From: Candidatus Micrarchaeia archaeon
GTDB taxonomy: Archaea > Micrarchaeota > Micrarchaeia > Anstonellales > J096
Length of the DNA stretch: 64,000 bases
Assembly (NCBI GenBank): GCA_041500865.1
Contig: JBGQMY010000002.1
Coordinates: forward strand, 1,982 to 65,981
Reading direction: 5' to 3'
A program made the translations under genes and the position numbers. Below the pieces are notes generated by a model. The model had not been told where the DNA came from. It saw only the letters and a program-made list of their open reading frames with translations, and searched no databases. How positions within the stretch are numbered: position 1 is the stretch's first letter; each line of letters starts with the position of its first letter. Below are positions 31,601 through 38,246 of the stretch, piece by piece.

Positions 31601-34600
31601 CGCGGAAAGGATGTCCTTGGGCGTCTCGTTTGCGCCCGCCATTATCGGGTCAAGGACCGCGGCAACAGCCCCGCACGGGCCGCCGACGCAGGTCACGGAT
31701 GCGCTGATGTTGAACGTGGCGTTGTCTTTCATGCTGCTCCTTGTCACGTTGGTTATGTTCGCAACCAATATGCCCTGTTGCTGGACATAGAGATTATACG
31801 TCCCGGCATCACCGTAAAGCTCATCGACCTCAACGTAGTACGTGGCGGTTTCCGGTGCCGTGAACCAGATTTCGCTGTTCCTGTTGATTGCGAATATTAT
31901 GTCATCGCTATATCCCAGTATTGTGCCGGTTGAGTTGTAAAGCTGCATCTGCGTGTCCGTGATTGAGATGGCCGTAAGGTTCTTGGTCCATATGAAATAT
32001 GTATATCCATTTATCGCGTTGAATTTCACGAAGTCTATATCCGTCGGGGTGTTGAACGTGTGCGTCTGCGGCACGCCGGTCGTATTTATCCAATTCGCGC
32101 TGGCGTTGTCGTTGTCCGGCTCGTATGCGTCCGGGCTCAATGGCGCTATGGTGAAGGTTGTCCTTGATGTCGCGTTGTTGCCAGGTTCCGGATATGCGAA
32201 GTCGTATGCAGTCACATTTAACCTGTAGTCGCCCTGGGTGAGCGTCGTTGTGTTGCGCAGGCACCTCAACGTTTCGCCGTTCGGGGCCAATGCGGTGCAG
32301 TTCGCGGTGTTGCTGGTGACGCTCCCGTTTGTCGCATTGTAAACGTATGTCGTTGCGTTTATTGATATCAATATCAGGCTGGGCGCAGTCCCTGTGCCGT
32401 TGACAGTGATGTTCATTATGAAAGACGTTATGTTGGTTGAATAGCCGTCTGCTGGCTTTACGAGGGTTATCACAGGGCTGACGTTCTCCGTGACATTGTA
32501 GCCTGAGAATCCGGAGACGTTGAACGTCAGCGTCCCCGCAACCGCGTAAGTGGCGCCAGAAAGCGAGCAGTTTGTGCCGAGTGTGCGGCATCCTGCATAT
32601 CCGGCAAGGGAGCATATGCCGTTGGAGGATGAATTTATTGAGCATGAGGTTCCGTTGACGTAGCAGTACCCGGTATGCAACTGGCACGTGCCAGTGATTG
32701 GATATGTGGAGCATTTTTGGGTTGTGGCATTGACCGAGCACGTTCCGCCGTTCAGGGTGCTGGAGTTGTAGGTTGTCCAGCTTGCCACATGGACAGAGGA
32801 CTGCTTTGGCGAATCGTCGGCGTATATGCCTGGCTGGGAAACGAACGGCAGGTTGTAGAGCCTCACTGTCGCGTTCGTGTCCAGCTCCACGAAATAGTCC
32901 GTGTCTATGAAAATCCTTGACTGCTCGAACGTGTCGGGCGCCCCTATGTCCACGGTTATCGCAGAGCCAAGGTTGCTGAGCTTGTCCGCGCCAGACCACG
33001 TGGAAATGTTGACGGAGGTGAGGTTTATCAGCGCTGCGCTTGAAAAGTTCGTGCTTGGGCTCAGGCCTCCGCTTGCGCAGGACTCGTTCATCTGTATGTC
33101 TATGATGAAGTTGACCCTGCTGAAGTCAAACACCTTGGTGAAGTTGGTCGTGAGGTTGCCGAAGCGGGTGCACGGGTTGCCAGTCATGTTTGGCACGCCT
33201 ATGTCCTGGAGTATGATTTCAACGGGAGTCATGTTCCATTGGCTGAATTCATCCGTGGCGATTACCCATACCATCCTCTGATTGACGGGGCCGGGCTGTG
33301 CGTACTGGCCTATGCTGCAAGAGCCGTTCCACAGGCCCGTGGCATGGTTGAAAGTCAAATTCAGGATGCCGCCGCAGGCGCTCGCATTGACGTCCGAGAA
33401 GTTAGCGACGACGGATGTGATGTTGCCCTCGCCGGTCGCGTTAACAGAAAGGTTGATTATGGCGTCGTATGGCGAGAAAAAGTTGTCAGGGTTGAGGATT
33501 TGGACGTCCGAGACCGGAAGCTGGCTGCTGAGGTTTGCCAAGACGCCCCATGCCATGGCATGGGCGTTGACATGGTCATCGGCCTCAAAGCCAATCCGGT
33601 ATTCGCCGTCCGGGTCTGCGCGCACAAGCGGGATGTTGGATGACGAATTTACCGGATAGATGGTTATGTTGGAGTTGTTGAACGGGACTTTCTGCGCTGT
33701 GCTCAGGTTGAGGTATATCCTCTGCGGCATGAATTTGGTCTGGTTGTTGGCATTTATGATGCTGGTGGTGCTGAGATTGCAGCCGTCCATGCCGCACCAT
33801 TGCTCGCTCGCTATGCCCAATAAGGTTGCATTCTGGCCGTTGGACATGGACGTATTGTAGATGAGCCACCAGTTGTAGGGCTTTGTGCAGTTGTTATCCT
33901 CCCCGCAGGAGAAAATGAAAGTGCCGTTGCAGTCCCAGGGCGCGGTGTCGTTGATTTTCAGGCAGCCTGGCACTGATGCAGTGGGGCTGTCGTTGCCAAG
34001 CGCGAGAAAGTAAAAATTGTAATAGGCCGAGACGTTCTCGCCATTGAGCGTGTAGGTCTCCTGGCTCCATGTCGTGTTGTAGGCGCCGCTGGCTGGAAAG
34101 TCCCAGTTGGTCCCCTGTGTCTCGTTGCCGGACTGGCCCCACCCGGTCACTACATAACTGTAGTTGTCCAGCACGAAGGGCGTGACGCTCCACAGATACT
34201 TGTCGGTGATGTTCGCCCTCAGGAACCACGTCCTATGATAATAGAGGGAATAATTAAGGTCCATCTTGGAAACCGAAGGCGGGCTGTTGTCCACCGTGAT
34301 GTTGGGAAGCATGTCATAGCCGTATCCGCCTGGTGAAGACGCATTGAGCACTAGCGAGTAGTTTTCGCACTCGCCGGCACAATTTAACGACGTGTCCCAT
34401 GAGCAGATAGGGGAAGGGTCCGTTTCATTGCTTACGGACGCTGTGCCGTTGCATATCGTTGCGTTGTAAGCGCCGTTCCTGTAGAGCGACAGCGCCCAGC
34501 TGGTCATGTTGGGGTCGTACGCTATTCCCTCGACATCCACAACGCCGCCCACGAACTGCATTATCACGCCGCTTATGTTGTCATAGTTCCCTGTTGGGTT

Positions 34601-35827
34601 GGTTATTTTGACATCTGGGTTGCCGCCGTTTTCGGATATGTAGACCGGAACTGTCGCGCTGACCGTGACATTGGCGACCGAACTGCCGTAAGATGCGTTT
34701 GATGATGCATTGAATAAATACTCATTATAGGCCACGACCTGTCCGATGCCGTTGCCGTATATCGCCTGGTAAGTCGTCATCCACGGAGTCAGGCCGCTGG
34801 CATCGGTTGTCGCGTTCCATGCCTGCGCCCCAAGGCCGTTTGTGGCTGTGACGTTCGCGGCATTTACAGGAGCCGTTCCGTTGGAGACGTTTGCGCGGAC
34901 ATACCAGCCGATTGTGAAGTTGCTGGCCGCAACAGAGCCAAGTTGGCCAAGGCTAAGGCCGCTGATGTTGATGAACGAGTTGTTGCTTGAGGACGTGTTT
35001 GAATAAACTTGCCATGTCGTTACGTTGGCGAGGGAAACGTTGGCAATAATGTTGCTTGTCGCATAAGTAAGATGGAAGGCATGCGTAACGTTTGATATTG
35101 AGCCTCCTGTCACGGCATTGCTGCTGTCCACGGAAAATTGGATGCCGTACGTAACTTTTGATATGTAGTTGCCGCTGACTGTGTTGCTATTTGAGTTGGT
35201 GTCAAGCGCTATGCCAATCGGCGACGTGTTATTGATGATGTTGTTGGCTATTAGGTTGCTCGAGGCGCCTGGAATGTAAATGCCGAGCGTTGTGCCTGAG
35301 ATGTTGTTGTTCGTTATGTTGTTGCTTGTTGAGCTGCCGCTGGAGACGTATATTCTTATGCCGTAGCCGTAATTGTATGGGTCGTTGACTGTGGTGTTCG
35401 CGATTGTGTTGCCGGTTATGGTGTTGTTGGCATTGGTGCCTGAAACATATATGTTGATGCCGCTCTGGCTCCTGGTTATGGTGTTGTTCTGGATGGTGCT
35501 GTTGGCCACGCCGCCTGACGTGCGGATGCCGTCGCTGAAGTTCCAGATGTTGCAGTTCTTTATTGTGACGTTGTTCTTGTCAGGGATATAGACGCCATAC
35601 CTTCCGTTATCGGGGGTGACGCCGATTATGGAATATCCGCCGCAGTCAATCACGATGTTGCTTGCATTCACATATACGCAAGCGGTGCCGGTTGAGGCAT
35701 TGGCGACCATGTCGCTTGACATCGTCAGGCTGGCATTGAGGCTTTCTGAGCAGTTCGTTGCGAAGGCCAGAGACGCAAAAACGAAAATCCACGCAATAGC
35801 GTAGCGTATGCTTAGATTACATTGCAT
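22637..35827 (-). CDS. Giant (~4400 aa) surface protein: beta-helix, Ig-like repeats, I9 + S8 subtilase, RCC1-like propeller, C-terminal TM anchor
   Basis: Signal peptide MQCNLSIRYAIAWIFVFASLAFA; NosD/pectin-lyase-like Asn-rich repeats; S8 triad ILDTGI, HGSHVSG, GTSMATPHVSG; many VDT..P.I..SP Ig-like units; poly-Gly linker; TM VGVLAAALLAIVAIAAIIVAIYYFFLR. Confidence 0.93.
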   Translation of the reverse strand: MQCNLSIRYAIAWIFVFASLAFATNCSESLNASLTMSSDMVANASTGTACVYVNASNIVIDCGGYSIIGVTPDNGRYGVYIPDKNNVTIKNCNIWNFSDGIRTSGGVANSTIQNNTITRSQSGINIYVSGTNANNTITGNTIANTTVNDPYNYGYGIRIYVSSGSSTSNNITNNNISGTTLGIYIPGASSNLIANNIINNTSPIGIALDTNSNSNTVSGNYISKVTYGIQFSVDSSNAVTGGSISNVTHAFHLTYATSNIIANVSLANVTTWQVYSNTSSSNNSFINISGLSLGQLGSVAASNFTIGWYVRANVSNGTAPVNAANVTATNGLGAQAWNATTDASGLTPWMTTYQAIYGNGIGQVVAYNEYLFNASSNASYGSSVANVTVSATVPVYISENGGNPDVKITNPTGNYDNISGVIMQFVGGVVDVEGIAYDPNMTSWALSLYRNGAYNATICNGTASVSNETDPSPICSWDTSLNCAGECENYSLVLNASSPGGYGYDMLPNITVDNSPPSVSKMDLNYSLYYHRTWFLRANITDKYLWSVTPFVLDNYSYVVTGWGQSGNETQGTNWDFPASGAYNTTWSQETYTLNGENVSAYYNFYFLALGNDSPTASVPGCLKINDTAPWDCNGTFIFSCGEDNNCTKPYNWWLIYNTSMSNGQNATLLGIASEQWCGMDGCNLSTTSIINANNQTKFMPQRIYLNLSTAQKVPFNNSNITIYPVNSSSNIPLVRADPDGEYRIGFEADDHVNAHAMAWGVLANLSSQLPVSDVQILNPDNFFSPYDAIINLSVNATGEGNITSVVANFSDVNASACGGILNLTFNHATGLWNGSCSIGQYAQPGPVNQRMVWVIATDEFSQWNMTPVEIILQDIGVPNMTGNPCTRFGNLTTNFTKVFDFSRVNFIIDIQMNESCASGGLSPSTNFSSAALINLTSVNISTWSGADKLSNLGSAITVDIGAPDTFEQSRIFIDTDYFVELDTNATVRLYNLPFVSQPGIYADDSPKQSSVHVASWTTYNSSTLNGGTCSVNATTQKCSTYPITGTCQLHTGYCYVNGTSCSINSSSNGICSLAGYAGCRTLGTNCSLSGATYAVAGTLTFNVSGFSGYNVTENVSPVITLVKPADGYSTNITSFIMNITVNGTGTAPSLILISINATTYVYNATNGSVTSNTANCTALAPNGETLRCLRNTTTLTQGDYRLNVTAYDFAYPEPGNNATSRTTFTIAPLSPDAYEPDNDNASANWINTTGVPQTHTFNTPTDIDFVKFNAINGYTYFIWTKNLTAISITDTQMQLYNSTGTILGYSDDIIFAINRNSEIWFTAPETATYYVEVDELYGDAGTYNLYVQQQGILVANITNVTRSSMKDNATFNISASVTCVGGPCGAVAAVLDPIMAGANETPKDILSAAKNGPVEVIVTLKEPAASLKTRENVYSVQSAVISTLSSGDFKVKYRYSTVNSFSGTATLAGIKSLMANPNVASVRIARTFHTMLDVSVPLINATELWNMSINGRNINGTGQTVCILDTGINYAHPDFGSCTLADIITSHNCSKIVGGYDFYNNDTNFIDDNGHGSHVSGIVGSIDSVYRGVAPGAKIAMVKVCDSTGDVCPEADIEAGIEWCINNASLYNISVISISIGGSDCNYGSCDGKVCDNDDAFTPYLYNARNSNISVVIASGNEHHGSGASDPFSDVPGIGSPACISTAISVGATDDSDAIAGFTNRDRTLDVLAPGVGIIATDFAGTHTPKQGTSMATPHVSGAIALINQFFVQSYGRMPAPVEVDSMLKTGGKPIVDTAGTLNYTYPRVNALGSTLDKGVVPTTVGARPFYTTSSNPSNLSCYSNMTQGKVCNATWKVYATGDNGTYSFFTIDVAYAADGSGELMEYGRFYSSTYNISIDNVAPALAFVSPTPNTSAYLNGSIAINVSSSENLQSCTLTMDAQRRASSNAPISVGTYQTCYVLSNGNSKCYGFNGNGEATNYTGGNAIAVAMGEYHTCYVLSNGNSVCYGSNTDGRSTNYTGGNAIAVSTEYKHTCYVLSNGNSVCYGDDSSNQSTSYTGGDAVAVSATDYDTCYLLSSGNSVCYGDANCLGYTPCVGSAGQATNYTGGDAIAVAAGQDHTCYVLSSGNSVCYGYDSGNGETTSYTGGDAIAVSASNLDTCYLLSNGNSTCYGFNGNGPGEATNYTGGKAIALSAGVFHTCYLLSNGNSTCYGDNTYGMSANYILGNIRIPALPSSYAMQIHNSDGNTTANYTLASLSDGTHVYFANCSDLAGNPNATGVRNVIVDTTNPAISIVSPSQAYYANGTNMLINISASDANLDTVRFYNGTGTANTTYAGPVTLNYTDGVYNMTAWANDTVGRTNSTNRTFIVDTINPAITFTTPTPNSSAYSLNAYVAINISSSDTNFANATIRLYNATGGLRNSTFSSSPGSVFVNYTNLSDGLYYFNATVYDLAGLANKTETRNITIDATAPSITIISPTSKLYNNASILVNISVTDSDNSTWFFNGTANETYAVGTPVTRTFQQGANTLTVWSNDLIGHLSTASVNFSVDSIPPNITLNAPAAGGFSNTINVTLSFTPDDNVDTSITCKIYINGTLNATAAVSNASQYNLTRNFSNALRTWYVNCTDDANNSAVSETRNFTVDTIKPTIIFKSPTENSSAYLNRDSALVNVTASDANFRNVTIFFYNSTGLYFNTSGTLTNLFANETSLAEGIYYINATAFDSAGNLNKTETRNFTVDTVNPAIAFVAPTTNVSFSLNNYVLANVSVNDSNFANVTVRLYNSTGGLRNSTFSSSSATVFANYSNLSDGVYYFNATAYDRAGRINKTETRNVTLNTVAPTLAIISPTARYYTNATIWVNISATDADLNTTWFYNGTDNETYNGTPVTRTFQQGANTLTAWANDMVGHVSTASVNFTVDSVPPNITLNAPAAGSFSPTTNVTLSFTPDDNVDTSITCKIYINGTLNATVAVSNASQYNLTRNFSNALRTWYVNCTDDANNTVVSETRNFTVDTINPAIAIMSPSLAYYTNATILVNISATDANKDTVWFYNGTDNETYNGTPFARNFSDATYGMYAWVNDSAGRINSTNRTFTVDTINPEISFVAPTTNVTASLNNFIEINVSANDTNLANVTIRVYNSTGALVRNQTSTASPAFLNVTGLGDGTYFFNATVYDRAGRTNKTETRNVTLDAIAPSITIISPAATAYSNSTVLVSINVTDADLNTTWFYNGTANETYMVPVNRTFTEGANTLTVWSTDMVGHVSTASVNFTVDTTNPAIRFATPSTNSSSFANSIIANVSVNDSSFANVTVRLYNASGALRNQTWSNSSSFLANFSGLAEGTYYFNATAYDMVGRSNSTETRNVTVDRTVPQIWFASPTTNSSTGTPIPNIDVNLIMNDTNTMNGIITLYTPAGLYDTFNGSASGILVLAHTFNNLSDGVYYLNASVSDLAGNFNKTETRIIVIDTTAPGITLVAPENNSFPASSLVSLSFTAVDAISENMTCVVYVDGSAAGSVNAHNNTPASLSYNATETSHLWNVSCSDAANNIAVSGTDNFTVDTVSPTITIVSPLLSYYYNTSTILINISANDTNLDTVWFYTNGTNVIYTPPGAPFTLDFDDGIYNMTAWANDSAGTTVSSGRTFTVDTTAPIVAIQSPDNITIYTTANIDLNYTASDANLAYCRYMVDGGAAIGLAGCSNISSLLGISDGNHTITVIANDSAGNTANDTVFFAMNLTPESNAPNYTALEPSANINDTYRPNLSYLLNATWTDETGLDTVLVENNFSGSLVQSPFTSQAGSQFEYDTGHLAAGEYTYRWTANDTWSNLNDSMPNMSITVLMADPSAALAASPSWSGTWPYGTIVNCTGAAQVNMELYRNGTLVDSGMGFASDPQNLSAGTYEYVCNTSGNENYTNGSASNTLTIAQVSTALTFSSSAGWTPTWNNSNINVSCSGQAGLNVSIYRNGTFMASGLGYAESIANLPAGAYLFVCNISGTENYTGASASNNLTIAKAAPSISLTVNGVAGGITVNTGATVTFNGTVTTPANGHIEIWLDSAFSRSGNGNIYNSTSWSATGTHTVKLVYNATENYSSSSLSRTVTVKTSGGGGGGGGGGGGGGAALPSMAISNYTSCNSDGTANVRVTVASSGTALSGVTVYINSDDRHTAYTSGYTFSNLASGTYVVYADKDGYDSASLTVSFSCAAAGGQQNQTAGNGTQGGMSRNQTSQIPYVSNGSTRYINVTLIDVGAEYAAYQVDSLTGTITVYVGENRTVDVNGDGSLNVSIMLNNVSGNNAFAVIGAMARAAAQQGGNATHPTNVTQNVSGANITCAADNGACKIDSDCCSGSCNMSAGLCAQAQPPKPLDWVGVLAAALLAIVAIAAIIVAIYYFFLREGGGSGRQYKFKG
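26770..28200 (-). repeat. Near-identical internal duplication (1101-bp offset) in the giant gene
   Basis: The block TTGTTCGCGTCGTCCGTGCAGTTGACATACCATGTGCGGAGCGCG... starts at both 26841 and 27942. Confidence 0.85.
29160..29985 (-). repeat. Seven tandem RCC1/BLIP-II-like repeats
   Basis: Unit [VL]Sxxx[HD]TCY[VL]LS[NS]GNS.CYG-loop-T[NS]YTGG.A[IV]A occurs seven times. Confidence 0.85.
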
Positions 35828-35944
35828 GGATGGGCTTTGGCTGCGCGCCTTTTTAAACATTAATGACGTTGGGCGACGATTAAGGCATAATTAAAGTAGA
35901 AACGTGTTGGTAAATCAAAAAAAAGGTTCAGCGAAAAGCCCCCC

Positions 35945-37321
35945 TTATTTCCTTGCGGAGGGGGAAGGCCGGCCCCGCTTCGCGGCATACAGCAGCAGGG
36001 CAACAACCGCAACGATGACAATTGCCGCAACAAATATCATGACGGCTGATGCCCTGCCGGCCGCGCCGGTGTTGGAGGTTGCGTTCGCCTGCGCTGCCGT
36101 AGCATTGGTTACGTTGGTTTTGGCTCCGACCTGGCCGGTTACGTTTCCATGCGTTATTGTTACATTGTTCATACCTGGGCTTCCGGCGCCGCTCCCGCTG
36201 CCTTCGGTGTAGTTGACTGTTAAGTTTCCTGTTATGTTGCTCAGGACGGTGTTGTTGGTTTCATTGTCGGGATGTATGCCGTCCCCGTCGTCGTCATGGG
36301 TCTCATTCTCATGCACGGTTGCATTGGCGCCGTATGGGCACAGGATTGACAGCCCGTTTGTGTCGTTCGGGCCCGGCAGGGACGGGTCATTCAAGCCCTT
36401 TCCGATTCCGGCATCGCGCAGCGCCAGGGCAGGAAAGGGGACTGCGTTCCCTTCCTTGCCGCGGCATTCTGCAGAGCCGTTGCTGAAAAGGACGCACCTG
36501 AATGAGCCGCCTGCCGCTGCAAGGCTGCTGTTGAGGACAAGGATGGCCTGGCGCCTGCCCGCTTCGGGTGATGGCACGGTGCTCGTGATGTTGAGGCGCT
36601 TGTCAAAGCTCTCCGTCCTGGAGATATAATTGATGCCAAGGAAGCAGGAGCGCGTGTCATTGTCCAATATCAGGTTTACTGTCACATTGGCGTACGGCAG
36701 GCCGAATGGGCACAGGGGCGCCAGCATGGATGAGATGTTCGGGTCAGGCTTGGAGCCAGGCGAACCTTTTTCCAGCAGATGCGAAATGCCGGAGATGAGC
36801 TGGTCGGGGGCAGGCTTTCCATCCTGTTCCGCGCCGTTGCATTTTGCGGTGCCGTTGGGGTCTATCGGCGGGTGTTCCTGCTGGCCTGAGCCTTGGCTGC
36901 CGCCCCCATCTTGATTGCCTGCTCCGGAGCCGTTGGTGAAAAGCTGGCACGTGAATGAGCCGCCCCCTTCGGAAAGGCTTTTGTTGAGCATCATGACGAA
37001 TTGCTTGCTTTCATCGCTGATTGAGGCATTGGGCTCGCCTCCTGTGATGTTAATTAGTTTATCAATTTCCAGCTGGCTGGAGACGTAATTGACGTCAAGT
37101 GCGCAGTAATGGGCATCGTAGTCCGCTATAAGGCTTATTGTGACATTGGCGTAGTTCATTGGGCCATTGGGACCGGTGCCGTTTTGGTCGCCGCCGTTGT
37201 GCTGGCCGCCTGTGCCGTTCTGGTCGTCTCCGCCCGGAGGCCCTGACGGCTCTGCGAACGCCATTGAGGCAAAAACAAGCATCCACGCGATGGCGCAACA
37301 CACGACAAGATTAGACTGCAT
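35945..37321 (-). CDS. Membrane-anchored surface protein with a duplicated unknown domain
   Basis: Signal peptide; two copies of YANVT..LI.D.D...C.L..NY.S....DK..NIT...LN.SL...GGSF.C.LF.NGS; C-terminal TM with basic tail. Confidence 0.85.
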   Translation of the reverse strand: MQSNLVVCCAIAWMLVFASMAFAEPSGPPGGDDQNGTGGQHNGGDQNGTGPNGPMNYANVTISLIADYDAHYCALDVNYVSSQLEIDKLINITGGEPNASISDESKQFVMMLNKSLSEGGGSFTCQLFTNGSGAGNQDGGGSQGSGQQEHPPIDPNGTAKCNGAEQDGKPAPDQLISGISHLLEKGSPGSKPDPNISSMLAPLCPFGLPYANVTVNLILDNDTRSCFLGINYISRTESFDKRLNITSTVPSPEAGRRQAILVLNSSLAAAGGSFRCVLFSNGSAECRGKEGNAVPFPALALRDAGIGKGLNDPSLPGPNDTNGLSILCPYGANATVHENETHDDDGDGIHPDNETNNTVLSNITGNLTVNYTEGSGSGAGSPGMNNVTITHGNVTGQVGAKTNVTNATAAQANATSNTGAAGRASAVMIFVAAIVIVAVVALLLYAAKRGRPSPSARK

Positions 37322-37399
37322 ACGGAGTTTTGGCGTTGCTACTTTTTAAACATTATGACGTTGCGGGTTAATAGATGTCAGTATATGTTTGAAACGCCG

Positions 37400-37867
37400 T
37401 CATCCGGCAACGCACTCGCTGAAGGATACTATGAATGAGTTGGATGCTTCCTTTCTCATCAGATCATACAGTAATGGCATGGATTCTAGGATATTTCTGA
37501 TTTTGTCGTGCCTTGATTGCGAGGCCATGCTTAATGGGGTCCAGCCGTCATTGTTCTTTGCCTCGATGCTTGCTCCTTTTCCGAGCAGCAAGGCGCAGGT
37601 TTGGGTGTGTCCGTTCCTTGCGGCATGCATGAGCGGAGTCATGCCGCTGCCGCCTTTTGCCTCTATGCTTGCGCCAAGCTTCAGCAGCGTTTCAATGCCT
37701 GTATTGTCGCCGCTCTCTGCGGATTCCAGCAGTTCATTGTTGAGCCGCCTTTGCCCTTCTGCCGATAATGCCGGATTCTTCAATGCCGGCTTTTCGCTGG
37801 GCATGATGTCTGCTTTCAATTTAACTGGTTCTGTTGCCGGATTGTTTTGGAGCGTCTTTTCCTGCAT
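37400..37867 (-). CDS. Ankyrin repeat protein
   Basis: KLKADIMPSEK leader, GMTPLMHAARNGH, GWTPLSMA; tail FIVSFSECVAG. Confidence 0.92.
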   Translation of the reverse strand: MQEKTLQNNPATEPVKLKADIMPSEKPALKNPALSAEGQRRLNNELLESAESGDNTGIETLLKLGASIEAKGGSGMTPLMHAARNGHTQTCALLLGKGASIEAKNNDGWTPLSMASQSRHDKIRNILESMPLLYDLMRKEASNSFIVSFSECVAG

Positions 37868-37910
37868 GTATCTATTGTGCGGCAAAGCAATTAAAAACAG
37901 CGCGCAGCGC

Positions 37911-37969
37911 CCTAAATGCCTTCTTTTGAACCCAAGGGCCTTTTCTTTCCCCAAGTGCTTTCTTTTTCC
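37911..37969 (-). repeat. REP-like unit
   Basis: 37911-37934 is the exact reverse complement of 62281-62304 (TGGGTTCAAAAGAAGGCATTTAGG), next to an AAAGAAAGC..TGGGGAAAGAAA unit. Confidence 0.7.
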
Positions 37970-38115
37970 AATGCGCATCAGCGCCAAAAGCAGGGGGGCG
38001 GGAGGAGCTTGGAACTGCACAGTTTCGTGGGCCGTCTTTTATGCCAAAGGCAAAACAATGTGGGTATTGCCTGCTGGCCCACGACACTGTGGGGGGTGGA
38101 GCCCCCTTGGTTCAG

Positions 38116-38189
38116 AGCCTCAGGTGGGATTTGAACCCATGACCTCTCGCTTACGAGGCGAGCGCTCTACCAGGCTGAGCTACTGAGGC
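38116..38189 (-). tRNA. tRNA-Thr(CGT)
   Basis: GCCTCAG...CTGAGGC+T acceptor; anticodon arm CTCGC-CT-CGT-AA-GCGAG; GGTTCAAATCC T-loop. Confidence 0.96.
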
Positions 38190-38246
38190 GCTGAATCCAT
38201 ATAATCCGGAAACACATTTTAAAAACGTTGGTTTCAAGCGACATAC

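Noticed and set aside
37400..37414. C-terminal CVAG as a strict eukaryote-type CaaX prenylation box
   Set aside because: Only some paralogs place the Cys fourth from the end (CVAG, CTGA); others end CVS, CIGGA or CIKAA, so a strict CaaX rule does not hold.
38018..38091. Possible hammerhead ribozyme, 5S rRNA or SRP RNA
   Set aside because: GAAAC is present on the minus strand but there is no correctly placed CUGANGA or cleavage triplet, and no 5S or SRP consensus. Kept only as an unknown structured element.
16567..38189. Region between the two convergent tRNAs as an integrated element
   Set aside because: No integrase, no duplicated tRNA 3' end, and it contains the housekeeping-type htpX gene.
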